DNA of 64,000 bases from Tubiluchus corallicola. Taxonomy: Eukaryota; Animalia; Priapulida. The notes beneath the pieces are model-generated. The model saw only the letters and a program-made list of their open reading frames with translations, searched no databases and was not told the DNA's origin. Position 1 is the first letter of the stretch, and each line of letters begins with the position of its first letter. This document shows positions 51,109 through 64,000 of this stretch, in pieces. A program made the position numbers and the translations under genes. The DNA lies in NCBI GenBank assembly GCA_030141605.1, contig JAQGDQ010000047.1, positions 1 through 64,000 on the forward strand. Reading direction: 5' to 3'.

Positions 51109-53531
51109 TCCCTGACTCCACCGAATTTCATATTTTGCCCCATAGTAGAGTCAGGGGTTTAGGCTAATCTAGGCTTAATTCTTATAGTTCAATTTGCCTC
51201 ATCCGAGACATTTCACTTGATATACTACAAGAAACTAAAACTAGAAGTTATCACTTTTCAAAGGTGACCTTGGAGTCATCCCAACCAATGTGGGATGGAC
51301 ATGCCACATTATCACTCATACCACTCATTATCTCGTCGAGACCTTTTATTCGATGTAGTATAACCTACTGTTGCTCGACAGTGGAAGCGTTTATGTCACT
51401 GAGCCCCATTTTCAATTTTTGTCCTCTAGCAATGTCAGGGATCAACCAGTCTAGGCTTAACTCATACCATTCAATTCACCTCACCAACCTACTGTGGCTT
51501 GAAACTGGAAACTCTCCTGTCCGGACTCCCCAATTTCGGTTTTCCCTCCAGCAAAGTCATGGGCTAACCAATCTGGCCATAACTCATAAATCGAACTTTC
51601 CATTTGATGCACTACAAGCCACTGCTGTTCGAAAATGAAAACATAATTTGTCTTCTCAGCACACCCAATTTTGGTTTTCCACCCAATTGTCAACCAATCT
51701 ACCTTATACAGTTTAAACTGTCGCATCAAAACTTTCCACTTGATATACTATAAGTTATTGTAAACTTCTCAATCATAGAAGCACTGCTGATCCTGGTTTT
51801 TCATTTGATATGGTACAAGCTACTGTTTCTTGGCAGTGGAAGGATAGGTGTCTCGCCTCGATTATGGTTTTTGCTCTCTACCGAAAATTTTTCCCTTTTA
51901 CAAATGGTCCATGTTCAGCCAAACACAATATTTCGATTCGACTTAGTCACATTAGCTCAGAGCTTAGTCAGATTAGCTCAAAAATTGTAGAAGGAGATCC
52001 AGTCTAACAAAAAGACATGAAACCCACCTGCTACCTTTGACCGGGGTGTCGGGACACGCGTAAACATAAATTACCCTACTTGTGGACTTTATCCTTTGAC
52101 TGGCTGTGAGTTTCATGACTATAGTCTTGCACATTTTTGAGTTATCAACAAAACAAAAAGGCACATAAATGAAAGACACAATGGGCATTTTCCCAGACCA
52201 AACTCCCAATTTTTTTTAAATTTTGGCCTGTAGAAAAAACGTTCTAGCAGCGTTCAGTGGGACTCTTGGAAGGAGATATATAGCTCTTTAGAAAGAGGAT
52301 AAACAGGGCTACACATTGATATGGGCTGCGTTTTAGGACGCTTCCTTCCTAAGGAGCTATGATAAGTTGATTGGAGGTTCCATTTTGCACGATTTTCGCT
52401 AGAAAAACTGCTGATGCAAAGCCATTGTTCTGACGTCATCCATTATACTCTGCTTATAACCTTGTAATTTTAATTCAGTAAAAGCTGCTGGCTTTGCGTT
52501 ATAAATGAGGACTATGTAGGATGTTCGCGTATTTTTGATTATAAGTGTATTTATACGCAAATTTTTTTGCAGGGCCTTGCTAGTTGCATAATTAATTTTA
52601 AAGGTTTCACTTGGCAGAGGGTTTAAATGTTCAAATACCAGCATTATTAATAAACAGTTAAGGACTTTGTAGTAAAACAAACAGACCTATACATCTCTTT
52701 GAAAATGTTTTGCTGAGCATGTAAGACAAATAAAAATCAAAACACTATGCGCAAAAATATCAGTGTAATAGCATTTTCTTTTCTGTCAATACATAGCGAT
52801 ATATATATATGTATATACATATATATACATATATATGAGAAAGAGAAAATTTATTTTAAAACCATTACACAATTTTCTGCATATACATATATATATTGTA
52901 GACATCAAATTATATTACTTTCCAGTTTGACGTATAATTTCTAGTAACCACTGTGAACGACAGCTTATCTTACTGCATCTTGATTTATAGTGATCTGCAA
53001 TATTATCAGTGTAAAAAAATTATTGATATCATCTAATAATACTACATTATTAAGATAACGGTTAGACTCTTCTAAACAGGCAAGCAACTTCGTACTTATT
53101 TCAGAAAAACCAGAAAGAAAAGATAGAGCACTTGTCGTTAACACAATACTATCGTGAGATTATAGGTCGTACTGCCACATACGTAAGGACAATCGTCAAA
53201 AAAGGTTAAATTACTCTCCATAGTGAATCATATATTTTCTAATCTCTTCAATGTAAATTAACTATTAAACTTTTAAATGCTTTTTAAAAATGGATAACGC
53301 AAAATAAAGGCAGAAAAATTTAACTGCAGCAGTCTAACGGTATAAATATGGTACTTTTCTCAAATTTTCTAATTTCCGCCTGGATTTCCTGCCTTTCCCG
53401 AAAATTCCACCAACAATATGAAACGTCTTCGATTGTTGCAAAATCGGCAAAGTTGAATCAAAGAGTGTAAAGTGGTTGCATATTACATTTTGTACTAGCA
53501 CATGGACTATCCAGAGTACAAGTGGCCAGAG

Positions 53532-54117
53532 TAGGGTTACCAGTTAGAATATTACAAATACGGGACACTTAAAATCTCTTTCTATATTACTGTATTTATA
53601 AATTTATATACGCCTACGCACCAAGACTAATATATTAATAATTATTATTATGTAAAAGCAGAGACGTAAGTTGAAAACATAAAGCAAAGATTAATGGGTT
53701 ATGAGGAAAACAAAAGTAAAATCAATTGAAAAAAATCAGACAATAGAGAACTATTAAGTATTATTATTATTTAACAGAGGCAATATAGATAACTAAAAGA
53801 AATTCTGAAAAAGAGAAAGTGAAATCTTTGCAAAATTCTTATTCAATAGAGACGATATTATAAAAATGTAAATTTGAAAATTATTTAATACAAACAATAC
53901 AGAAAATAAACTAAAAATTCTATTTCATAAGGAGAATATGAAAAGAAACAAAATTGAGAAGCAATTTTATTTTTATATATAAAAGCATATTTTTGTTACA
54001 AAATTTGAAAATGAACTAAATACTGGACATTTGAGTGTCCCTGAAAGGTCAGCACTGGACTGGACAAAATTACCGAATATGGGACATGTCCCGTATATAA
54101 GGACGCTTGTCAACCCT
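53532..54117. mobile_element. hAT-like MITE just upstream of ACOT8
   Basis: Ends tagggttacca / ttgtcaaccct, subterminal (c/t)gggaca and tggaca repeats, very AT-rich core; TSD degraded. Confidence 0.6.
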
Positions 54118-54247
54118 CAGCTAGACAAATTCAGGAAGATAAATTTTTACCAATTGTTTGTCGTCAAATTGTCTCTGTAGTTGACTATCTACTAACTAGG
54201 TATCGGTCAAATACTAGAAATAGTTTTTCTCGATCGACATTACCGGT

Positions 54248-57200
54248 ATGGCATTAAAAGTATGGGCAGCTGATCGTGAAAGTGATACTGATAGCATTAA
54301 TAGTAGGCTTATCGCTAGTTACCTGCCCGGAGAAGACAAACATCGCAATGCTAAAGTTCTTCTGTCAGAACATGCACTGGAACTTGAAGAACTAGATAAA
54401 AACCTGTTTAGGTAGGTCTTTGATTGATTCGATACACTCGTCAATGTCACTCATCAAATGTAAATGACATTCGAACTGCCATGCTTGGCCCAGGCCCGAA
54501 CATCGATGCACTTCTTGCACTGTAGATGTTTTCATAGGGAATAGGCGATTCCAAATGAAGGAAAATTGGATACAGCCATTTGGGCATCAGTGCCATCACA
54601 GGCAGTGCTGCACATAGTGACTGCTTCTAGTTTAGGTGGTTCCTTTTTAATGCGTGCCCAGATTGCCCAAATCAAAAATATCGCTGAAACAAGTGCTCCA
54701 ATAGAAAAGAGGCATCCTTTGTCTACACACTGATGTAAAGAAAATAGCAAACTACCTCATACCTAAAAAAATACAAATTTTTTTAAAAGTTGGTGTCATT
54801 TTACCAAAATATTTTCTTTTTTGAGTTTGCAAAAACCAATAATTTTTATCTACCACTGTACGGCTTACCATTGAAACATGCAGACATTGTAGACAGTTAT
54901 TATAGCCATGTAGCTGCTATAGATAGGCTTTAAATATAACGATTTTTAAAATATGTGTTCTTTATGCATGTGTGTATATGAGTATGCTGGTCCATAGTGC
55001 AACAGAACTGAACTTGTTTTATTCTCTGTTCTAGAATTATGATGTTGTGAGATGTAAAAACAAACATTTTACGTTGTGCCTGAGGGCATGAGTTGAAGAT
55101 ATGAGTAATCTGTCATTTCTAAAAAATCTGTTCACTAATTATGAACCGAGCTAAAGTTACTAAAAATGTTGTTCATTTCAGAAGTCCATCTGGAATTTTA
55201 TGGAAGCCATATGGTGCCCGCTTCATATATGGTGGACAAGTGATAGGACAAGCTTTAGTTGCAGCATATAAAAGTGTTGAACATGAATTTCACATACATA
55301 GTGTTCACAGTTACTTTATCTTAGGAGGTAAGAGAGTGCAAGTTATTCCCAAGTTATGCTACATATCAACCACTACTCTTTTCTTCTGTGCTCCTCTGGA
55401 AGGTATCGTAACAAATTGTGGTTTTGATTTTATGTCTTATGCTGATGATACGCAACTTTATCTTATTTGCAAAAATGCTTTTTTGTCACAAATGAATGTA
55501 GAAAACTGTGTAAATGACATCCACTCTTACATGGCAGCCAACAAACCAATTTTAAATGACCGCAAAACTGAACTAAATCACATTCATTCAAAATTTTGTG
55601 AGTTTTATTGATTAGAAATCCAAGGATTTGGGTATTTATTTTGATGAGGACGGCATTCCTAATAGTCATGTTTCACAAATTGTCAGAAAAGCATCTTATG
55701 CTCTGTAACATATTGGTCGCATTTGTAATGTGCTTAGCCGCCACTACAGCTGAATCTCTAGTCCATGCATTTATTACATCTCATTTAGACTATTGAAATA
55801 ATCTTTTACATGACCTTCAACCAAATTATCTTACAAACTGTCTACACACAGTACATGGCAGCATGACTCAATACGTGAACTCAGCCTTATAAACAAATCA
55901 CACCAGTTCTTTGGAACTTGCGTCAATTGTCTTTTTACAAGCACGCTGAATTCAAACTTCTAGTATTTACTTACAAAATTTTGGACAGTGTGCAATATAT
56001 TTGTCTGATCTTTTATTTCTGCATAGTGCTGCTCATGATGGCGTTGCAAGTCATATCCGCACAGCAGCTGATCCTTCACATTTAATAGAACCTACATAGA
56101 ACCTAAGCAAAAAACATAAGGCTGTCGTGCCTTTGCAATTTTCGCTCTATGATTGTGAAATCATTTATCATTAACTGTGCATCAATTGCCATCATTACGA
56201 AATTTTAAAAAGCACTTTAAAGCATACCTGTTTAAGCAGCATATGGATCATAGCAATATCTGTGCATTACAGTAGAGTATGCTGGTACAATTTTATGATT
56301 TTGGTTGAATGTAAGATAATTTGGTTGAAGGTCATGTAAAAGATCATTGCAATAGTTTAAATGAGACATAATAAATGCATGGACTAGAGATTCAGCTGTA
56401 GTGGCGGCTAAGCATATTTTTAAAATAATTATTTTTTTATTAACTGTATTTGTAATTGTAAATTATAACGGACTTTTTTATTGTAAAGCACATCGAGATC
56501 ACTTGATGTGATGTGCTATACAAATAATAATAATAATTATTATTATTATTATTATTATCATCATCATTATTACTGTTGGAAAGTATTTTGGCATCCAATG
56601 CTAAAAACAAGGGGTTGATAAAGCATGGAAAATAATTATGGCTTATTATTATCACCAGAAGCAAAATAAATGGCGACAAATCAGATGCTGCATGTTTCAA
56701 GAAATCAGTTAGACAAGGGGTCCCCAAACTTTTTAGACCATTGACCCCTTCATTGAATCCTTGATTTCTAATTGACCCCATGTACAAAAAATAAATATTA
56801 ATAATAATTAAGTAGAGAGTGCAGTTTCCATACACAGTAGTGTGAGGAACTGCATACCAAACTCTGCTTTCCATATACATAAGTAAGGAAAACTACATAC
56901 CAAGCCCTGAAAAACTGTTGTTCTAAATCCCCTCCCCTGTGAATATATCTCATGAAATATAGGGAAACAAAAACGAAAAACTGTTTACTGTTGTTTTGGA
57001 AATCATAATGTACAAAATATTGAATATAATGTCGGAATTCGACATAAAAATGTTCGAACTTATTGAAATATGTTAGAGAGCATTTGGTAAGAGGGAGATG
57101 GGTAATATCATAGTTATGACATATGCTCCAAAGGACAGCAAACAAATTTGCTTCTCTGTTTATTTCCCAGTATTTCATGCGACATATTCATTTATCATGA

Positions 57201-59924
57201 TGTGTTTATCAATAATCATGATAAATGAATATGTCGCATGAAATACTGGGAAATAAACAGAGAAGCAAATTTGTTTGCTGTCCTTTGGAGCATATGTCAT
57301 AACTATGATATTACCCATCTCCCTCTTACCAAATGCTCTCTAACACTCCAAGCAAACAGAAAGAAAGAGAGAGGAAAATCTTATACGAATGTCAGCTTTT
57401 GACCCCAAAATTACATACTGCCCCGGCATTTATCGACCCCTTTTTGACCCCCAGTGTTTATTAACCCTTGGATAGTCCCATCAACACCAAAAGTCGATAT
57501 CGAGCACTTTGGAAACTCCTGAGTTAGAGAGTTAACATATGCTTTTCAATTTCATTAATAAATTTTGTATTGGCTGTCTGTGTCAAAAAACTAATTATTA
57601 CACTCAGAGTTACTTGCCGTCTATGTTGGCAGCTTTTGTTTGAGTTAAATATTTGCTCGATTTACATGTGTAATGTGTATGTTCCAATGAATGGAACGAA
57701 TAAGAGACCTTTCTTGTTCAAATTACTTGTAAATTCAAAATATGCGTGTTCGACTAAAGTGTGTTCTATTGTATTAATACATTAGTAGACAGCAACAGCA
57801 GTCCAGACTGTCTTTCAAAGTAGGATATCTCACTCTAATAACAGACAAAAAAACCCACTGATAAAGTTGACACAAACATCATGTTCGTGTTGTTCACCTC
57901 ACCAGGAATGCTTCTGTTATAGGGTAGTATTTGAGATTTGTTGGTGTTGTAGCATATGATCTGTGCCTGCCACACAATACCATGCTTAAACTTCCACTAG
58001 TTACAATGCATTTATGTTACAAATAAATGTATTTATAATATTTATTTTACACATTTATATTAATATTTTTAAGTTTAGCATGTCATTTACTGTGATAACT
58101 ATACAATGTGGTATTTTATTTGTGAGATAGTTGATTTTTATTTCAATTAGGGAATAATGAATTGCCTGTGATTTATCACGTGGAAAGGGTTAGAGATGGA
58201 AAAAGTTTTGCAACACGTTCTGTAAAAGCTGTTCAATCTGGCCGAATTATTTTTCAGTGTTTAGTGAGTACATTTTTAAGCTCATTTTGCACGAGTCACT
58301 ATTTTGATGAATAAACTTTTAAAAAATATTTGTGCAGTTATATAAATTATTTTAAATATGATTATACAAAGTGTTTTTAGATTTTAAAATATACATTGTT
58401 TACTTACAAGCAAAAACTATGTATAGTTAAAGCCATTATTTTTTGTACACTTATATCTCATTATTTTTTATCACACATGTACATAAACATCCACACTGAG
58501 CACTGTAAATGTTTATTTTTATAGCTGCATAAAACTGGCAACAAGCCAACAATTTTTCTTCAGTGGTCAGCATGAAATATCACAATAACTACTTTCATTT
58601 TTCAGGCTTCATTTCAGCTACATCAGCCATCTCCTCTGTCCCACCAGTGGATGATGCCTGTTGTACCATCACCAGAACAATGTCCTGACGAGAATGAACT
58701 CTGGCGGCTTACAATGCAGTAAGTGCGTTGGGTATTTCTGTATTTTTTAGGAAAAAATTGTTGTGAGAAGTTCAGTTTGTTGTGAACCAGATAAATTGCA
58801 TGTAACACACTCCTAGCATGAATTTTTTGTCTCTTGTGGTGTGTCATGGCCATGGAGCCAGATTTCAGGTACATTCGTTGCTTCCACTATATGTCTGTAT
58901 GGTGTGTAGTGAGTGTTAAATTTATTCAATCATGCAAATTAAAACCAATGCCCGCCAAAACTAGACATTGTACAGTGCACAATGTATTGATGCATTATAC
59001 TGCCCCTCAGAGTGATTGAAAATTTACTTATTTTAGTTTATAATACATACAAATCACTGTGTATATGTATGTAGGTATGTACATACATGCATGTACAATT
59101 TATACATGTATATATCCTTCAGTCATGTACAGCACAGTGCTTATTGTACCAAAATTTATCATGTATACTAGAAGCTGACATAACCCAGGTAATACATTAA
59201 ATGAATTATTTATGTTAAGTTGATAAAATAATTATTTTACACATTACGTTGAGTCATGTTATCTTTTAGCACACACGGTAAATTTTGGTATAAAATAAGC
59301 ACTGTGCTTTATTTTTGATCCAGTGCTTGTTAAGTTGCTCTTTTGCAAAAAGAAAAATGCCAGTTTTTTTTGTTTTTTCTACTGATCACCTAAATATTAG
59401 AAGATAGTCTCTGATGACAGTATTTAAAATAGATGCCCAGAAGTGTCAGAGAAGGTTAAGGGACACATAAGATATGTTATGGAAGACAATCACGTGCAGT
59501 CCTTTGAATGCAGGCACATAGACCCAGAAATACCATTGCGACTAAAGCCTACAGGAAACTTTCCCAGGGTTGTGAAGTGGCTACGAGCTAAAATGGAACC
59601 CGGTAACAAATGTTTATTTATTAGCAAGAAGCAATACTGTTAATGTTTTATTATCCTTGAGCACTTAGTTTGGAGTGTGCATATATGTGGGAACTTGAAG
59701 AACCAAAGAAAAGTATTGTAATCACATTTTTGGAATAAAAATGCTAGGGTTATCTGATTCAGCTGCATTGCTTGTAAATTTTGCATACGTTTGAGAATGA
59801 CTTGAAATAAAGTCAATTTGTTTCAGGTGAACATAGTAACAACTTGCATCGTTGTGTTGCTGCTTACTTATCTGATCTAAAAATAGCACACACAGGGTTT
59901 CTTCCGCATGCCCATTCACACAAG
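54248..59924 (+). CDS. ACOT8: Acyl-CoA thioesterase 8 (TesB family), first six exons; gene continues past the window
   Basis: Exons 54248-54411, 55182-55327, 58151-58263, 58606-58718, 59433-59602, 59827-59924; in phase. LELEELDKNLFR, YGGQVIGQALVAA, HSVHSYF, VIYHVERVRDGKSFATRSVKAVQ, ASFQ, HRCVAAYLSD. A possible next exon begins at 63967 (VEITKKVLNTS...). Confidence 0.93.
55375..56570 (+). mobile_element. 5'-truncated L2-clade LINE in ACOT8 intron 2
   Basis: YADDTQLY, NKPILNDRKTE, DLGIYFD, AESLVHAFITSHLDY, FKKHFKAYLF; 3' tail ttgtaaagcac...gtgctatacaaat followed by (AAT/ATT)n. Boundaries approximate. Confidence 0.85.
56714..57521. mobile_element. hAT (Charlie-like) non-autonomous element carrying a long palindrome
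   Basis: Ends caaggggtccccaaact / actttggaaactcctg; AGTTAGA on both flanks; subterminal tgacccc repeats. Confidence 0.75.
57071..57345. repeat. Perfect inverted repeat: 131-bp arms, 13-bp spacer
   Basis: 57071-57201 is the reverse complement of 57215-57345; spacer gtgtttatcaata. Confidence 0.97.
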
Positions 59925-61279
59925 GTAAGTGTGCTATTGTGTTGTCATTTTTTGTTGTTAAGTTACACGATTATAGTGTATGTGTAGTTATGCACATTGC
60001 ATTCACTGAAGGTAATATTAAAGAATGAAAGTTATATGATTGTGTAACACAATTATGTAAAATCTCGTTGAAATATTGACCATACTGAATATAGAGAAAG
60101 ATAACTTTGATAAATTATGTACATTGTGCTAGACTGGCAGACTGTAAACCAGAGTCCAATATTCAATGTTAGACTTAATTTTGATGTTTATAACGGAATT
60201 GATTTATTATCACAGATAATGCTCTAGTACAAGTCACTAAACTGGCACATTCATGTTAACCACTTTTCGATCAAAGTGCAAGCCTATTGTTCTGCAAGCT
60301 GCAGCAAACACAATAGTTTTACTTACTATTTTTTAATTTATTAGAAATAATTTTAAAATTAAGAAACAAGCAGTTATTAAGCTTCAATTAATTAAAAACT
60401 AAACGAGGTCACCTTTACATGAGGAACACCTTAATAATTTAGTTGTCATGTTTTATTGAAAATGAAACAGCTAAGTAAAGGAACTTGATATTGTCAACAT
60501 TGTTATGAAATTTGAAAGCCAATAAGCCAAGTGCAAATGGTTCTAAAGTTAGCACAGTCTAAGTCAGTTGACTAGATGCACATAATTATATTAAATCAGA
60601 TTATGGCACACTTACAGTTTAGGCAGTCCTTGTAAGTCGTTCATGCATTACTAAACGTGCTGCCATCACGTCAAAAAACCGTAATGCTAGAATAATGGAA
60701 ATTCCGATGTAATTCCGGTATTAATTAGAGAGAACCACCTAAACGGTAAACTCCTCTGACTATGTCAGCTTGAGCAGACTGAGCTAACTGAACAAACACT
60801 CAAAATTTTTGTTTATGATTTAACATGTAAATTTAGTACAAATGGTAATAGTTTCCTAATTTTTATTTAAACACATTAATAGATAAATAATAGAACATAA
60901 TATACAATAATTTTGGTATCGAAACTCAAGAACAAAGTGGTGCGGCAATGATCCAAGCTATGAATGCAAAATAGGGGCTCGGTAAATCCTGGACACAAAG
61001 GGGTCACGACCTTTCAAAGTGCAGACCTGAATGAATGATACTGCCCAATGTGAGTAATTAAACCCCAATGGTGTTTGACAGCCTCAGTTTTTTTGAGATA
61101 GTTTTCCTTTCCATAGGCATTCAGTAAGCAAGAATCTCTAACTTTTTATGCGAAGTCTGCAGTTTGTATTCTGCAGGAGTCTCTAAGAGACGCCATATTT
61201 TATCTAAATATAGCACTCAGAAAATGTAGAAAATATATACCTTAAATATAAATGTAGAAAAATATAGAAAATGTCTCAC

Positions 61280-61430
61280 GCAGACCATGTAATATCTCGA
61301 GCTGATCAGATAATATATCGAGCTGGCCAGCTAATATCTTGAGATCCAAAAATAACAGCTCTTACTCATTAGATAATCTCTAGCTCACCGGATAATGTCT
61401 GCAGCTGACTAGGTAACAGTCAGCTGAACA
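61280..61430. repeat. Degenerate tandem repeat, about 21-bp unit
   Basis: Units like taatatctcgagctgatcaga / taatatatcgagctggccagc. Confidence 0.7.
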
Positions 61431-61549
61431 AATGTCCATTATGTAAATTGTGAATCTGAGTTCTTTAGCAATTTTCTGCAAGTGTTTGCCTTTTACAAAT
61501 TACCTGCGAATTTTACTGTATTTCTAACTACAAACAAGAATTGTTGTAG

Positions 61550-61721
61550 CAAAAAATGTACAGGTAAAAATGGCACAGGAAAAAATGGCATGGTAAAAAT
61601 GGCACAGGAATAAATGGCACAGGAAAAATGGCACAGCACAAAATGGCACAGGAAAAAATGGCACGGTAAAAATGGCACCAGAAAAAATGTCATAAATAGA
61701 AAAGTAGGAAAAAATGGCACA
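61550..61721. repeat. Minisatellite (aaaaatggcacagg)n
   Basis: About ten 13-15-bp units; related sequence at window positions 1-41. Confidence 0.92.
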
Positions 61722-61844
61722 CATGTTATTTTGATGCAATTGATTTCTATAATAAAATTAGAATGTGCTCACTAGGAAGCAGATCTCCGCCAAAGCCGAA
61801 CAGTCCCAAATTTATTTGCTGATTCTTTTGATTCCAAAAATTTA

Positions 61845-62477
61845 CCATATATACTTATGTACAAGTCGAACTTTTGGGAGGCGATTTTAAGATGAAATTT
61901 TTGGGGTCAACTTATACTTACGATATGTTTTTGGGAGATGTCGCTAAAGAGTCGTCTACAATACGAATATGTATTTAAATAATCCTTCATTATACGCTGG
62001 ACTGAATGAACACTCATACTGTGATGCTTCACATCAGAGAATGTTTGCATCTTCACATTACTTCACAAAATTAACAAATATTACTGTAATTTATTTTAAT
62101 GTATGTGAAATTAAGTTAAAATTTATATATTACCAGTAAATAAACTAAAGTTATCCTAAGGTACGTACGTACGTATGTATGTATGTATGTATGTATGTAT
62201 GTTTGTATGTATGTATTTATGTATGTATGTATGTGTATGTATATATATACATCGGGTACGTATAATATACTCGGCCCAGGCACCTGCACGTATCTTGCAC
62301 ACTAACACAGTAGGCTATTGATTTATTACTCGGCCATTGTTGACATCATTTACTCTGGAATATCTTAATATTTTATGGTTGACTTGTACACAGGTAATAT
62401 ATAAAATGATGCAATTTTTGGTCTTAAAATGCACATCGGCTTGTACATAAGGTCGACTTGTACACACGTATATATGG
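61845..62477. mobile_element. Tc2/pogo-like MITE with internal (GTAT)n
   Basis: 25-bp TIRs ccatatatacttatgtacaagtcga / tcgacttgtacacacgtatatatgg (23/25), TA on both sides; (GTAT)n at about 62161-62245. Confidence 0.85.
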
Positions 62478-62619
62478 TAACCCAAAGATAAGCAAGCAAA
62501 CATAAAAAAATGTACCTGTGTTAGTTTTATACAGACTAGCAATAGTCTCACAAAATAACTGTTTATTAAATCGATTAATAATCATCTAGCCAAACCCCGC
62601 AAAAGAATTTTTGCGCATA

Positions 62620-62825
62620 AACTCACAATAACAACCCATACCACATCACTCCACTCACAACACACAACCCATACCCTACCACCCCACCACATTATCCACA
62701 TCACTTCACCCACACCACACCACCCTGACCAAACTACACCACTCTACCAACACCACACCACAACCCACCCGACCACACCATCCACAGCACACCATTCACA
62801 GCACACACACCACACACACCACTTC
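62620..62825. repeat. C/A-rich low-complexity tract
   Basis: Degenerate cacac/ccacc runs almost lacking G. Confidence 0.85.
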
Positions 62826-64000
62826 ATATGGTGATCATGATGTTGATGACTATGATGATGATGACGACATCTACAGCCCCAACACCAACAGTAAGCATCA
62901 CAGCAAAACCATGCAAAACATTTCGCACAAAGTTGAAACGGTGTACTACAATAGATGCTCTTAATCTGTCTACCAATGATCAATAATGCGCGGACAATCT
63001 GCATAGTTTTGTTTGCTGCTTCTCAGATTATAATTAGGCTAACAGAACATAATTATGTACATGTATAATCTATAACACTGTAGAACGACGGATGATGACA
63101 ATGTGTGGAAGACCCACGAAATTTCTCAAACTCAAAGGCAGTGGATGTTCCAAATAGCGAGCAGCAAAGGGGGTTATAAAAGAACCTCGAAAATACACCC
63201 CTCCCGTTTTGTCTAGTGGACATCTCTCCTAGTGAAACCTTCAACATTTTGTAGACTGTTTTGTCCTTTTTCTCCAAGTATGTTTATTTCTTCTTAGCTT
63301 GCCCAAACAGTTACACAAATTGCTCTAGTTTTTCTAGAGGCTGTTTGAGCAGTTTTCAGCATAATTTGCGTGGTTGGGTCCGGGAAAATGCCTATAGTGG
63401 GTATTCGTGGCCCTCCTGCTAAGTCTAAATATGACTATTACACCCACTGTTGAACGGGCTATCTAACCATTACTGGCACCACCCCGGCACGTTCCCGTTC
63501 TCTAGAAATAAGAGGTATAAGTTTTGCAATTTTTTGCAAAAAATGGTCAAAAGGGGCCATTTTGGAGGTTTTTCGCCCCATATTCCTCACGGTGGGCCTG
63601 ATTCGAATAAATAATAAATCGAAAAATAAACCCCCATGTACGAACCTTTCGTTTGACGTATAGATTGTCGAAAATGGTGCAGTCGTTGCAGCTGTAGCCT
63701 CGTCAGTTATATATCCATATACATCTTTACCACCGAAATTAATAATGCACGAATGTTCCACATAATGTTTATCTACCTTTTTAACTATTATTTTTGGCGA
63801 TCATAGTAGACTGACAAATATATAAGTATATATGTTATGTATATTGCCTTGTCACCTTATAAGGCTATACATATTAATTAGCAAAAGTTATAGGCAGTGT
63901 TACACTGTTTTGCAAGTGAGACTTTCTTGAAATGGAACTGGTACTAACTCGTAGTTGTTTGTTCAGGTGGAGATAACAAAAAAAGTACTAAACACTTCCT

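Noticed and set aside
52595-52627. piggyBac-like end (...gagggtttaa)
   Set aside because: No matching opposite terminus located.
61280-61721. Regular repeats as a CRISPR-like array, and ORFs 61493-61739
   Set aside because: No unique spacers, eukaryotic context; the ORFs are translations of the minisatellite.
17-63761. Most 60-130 aa ORFs in the supplied track
   Set aside because: Non-ATG starts, low complexity, antisense to real exons or intronic read-through; expected by chance.

Overview
AT-rich, intron-rich animal genomic DNA (an invertebrate by inference; not prokaryotic, no CRISPR, rRNA or tRNA genes seen). Six host genes can be reconstructed by hand with GT-AG, phase-consistent exons: a 4-TM CD20/MS4A-like gene (+), ZC3H15 (+), a GT11 alpha-1,2-fucosyltransferase (-), a divergent Tbx20-like T-box gene (+), an EF-hand LPCAT1/2-type lysophospholipid acyltransferase (-) and ACOT8 (+, runs off the window). 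Between and inside them lie a decayed Gypsy/Mag-type LTR retrotransposon with both LTRs, PBS, PPT and TSD, CR1 and L2 LINE fragments, several hAT, pogo/Tc2 and Harbinger-like non-autonomous elements, fold-back palindromes and short tandem duplications. The standout is the LPCAT gene: its catalytic HxxxxD exon is present twice as equal-length (218 nt), same-phase, frame-incompatible copies, i.e. mutually exclusive exons. From recalled human sequences one copy resembles LPCAT1 and the other LPCAT2/LPCAT4, suggesting one gene switches between two active sites that vertebrates keep in separate paralogues.
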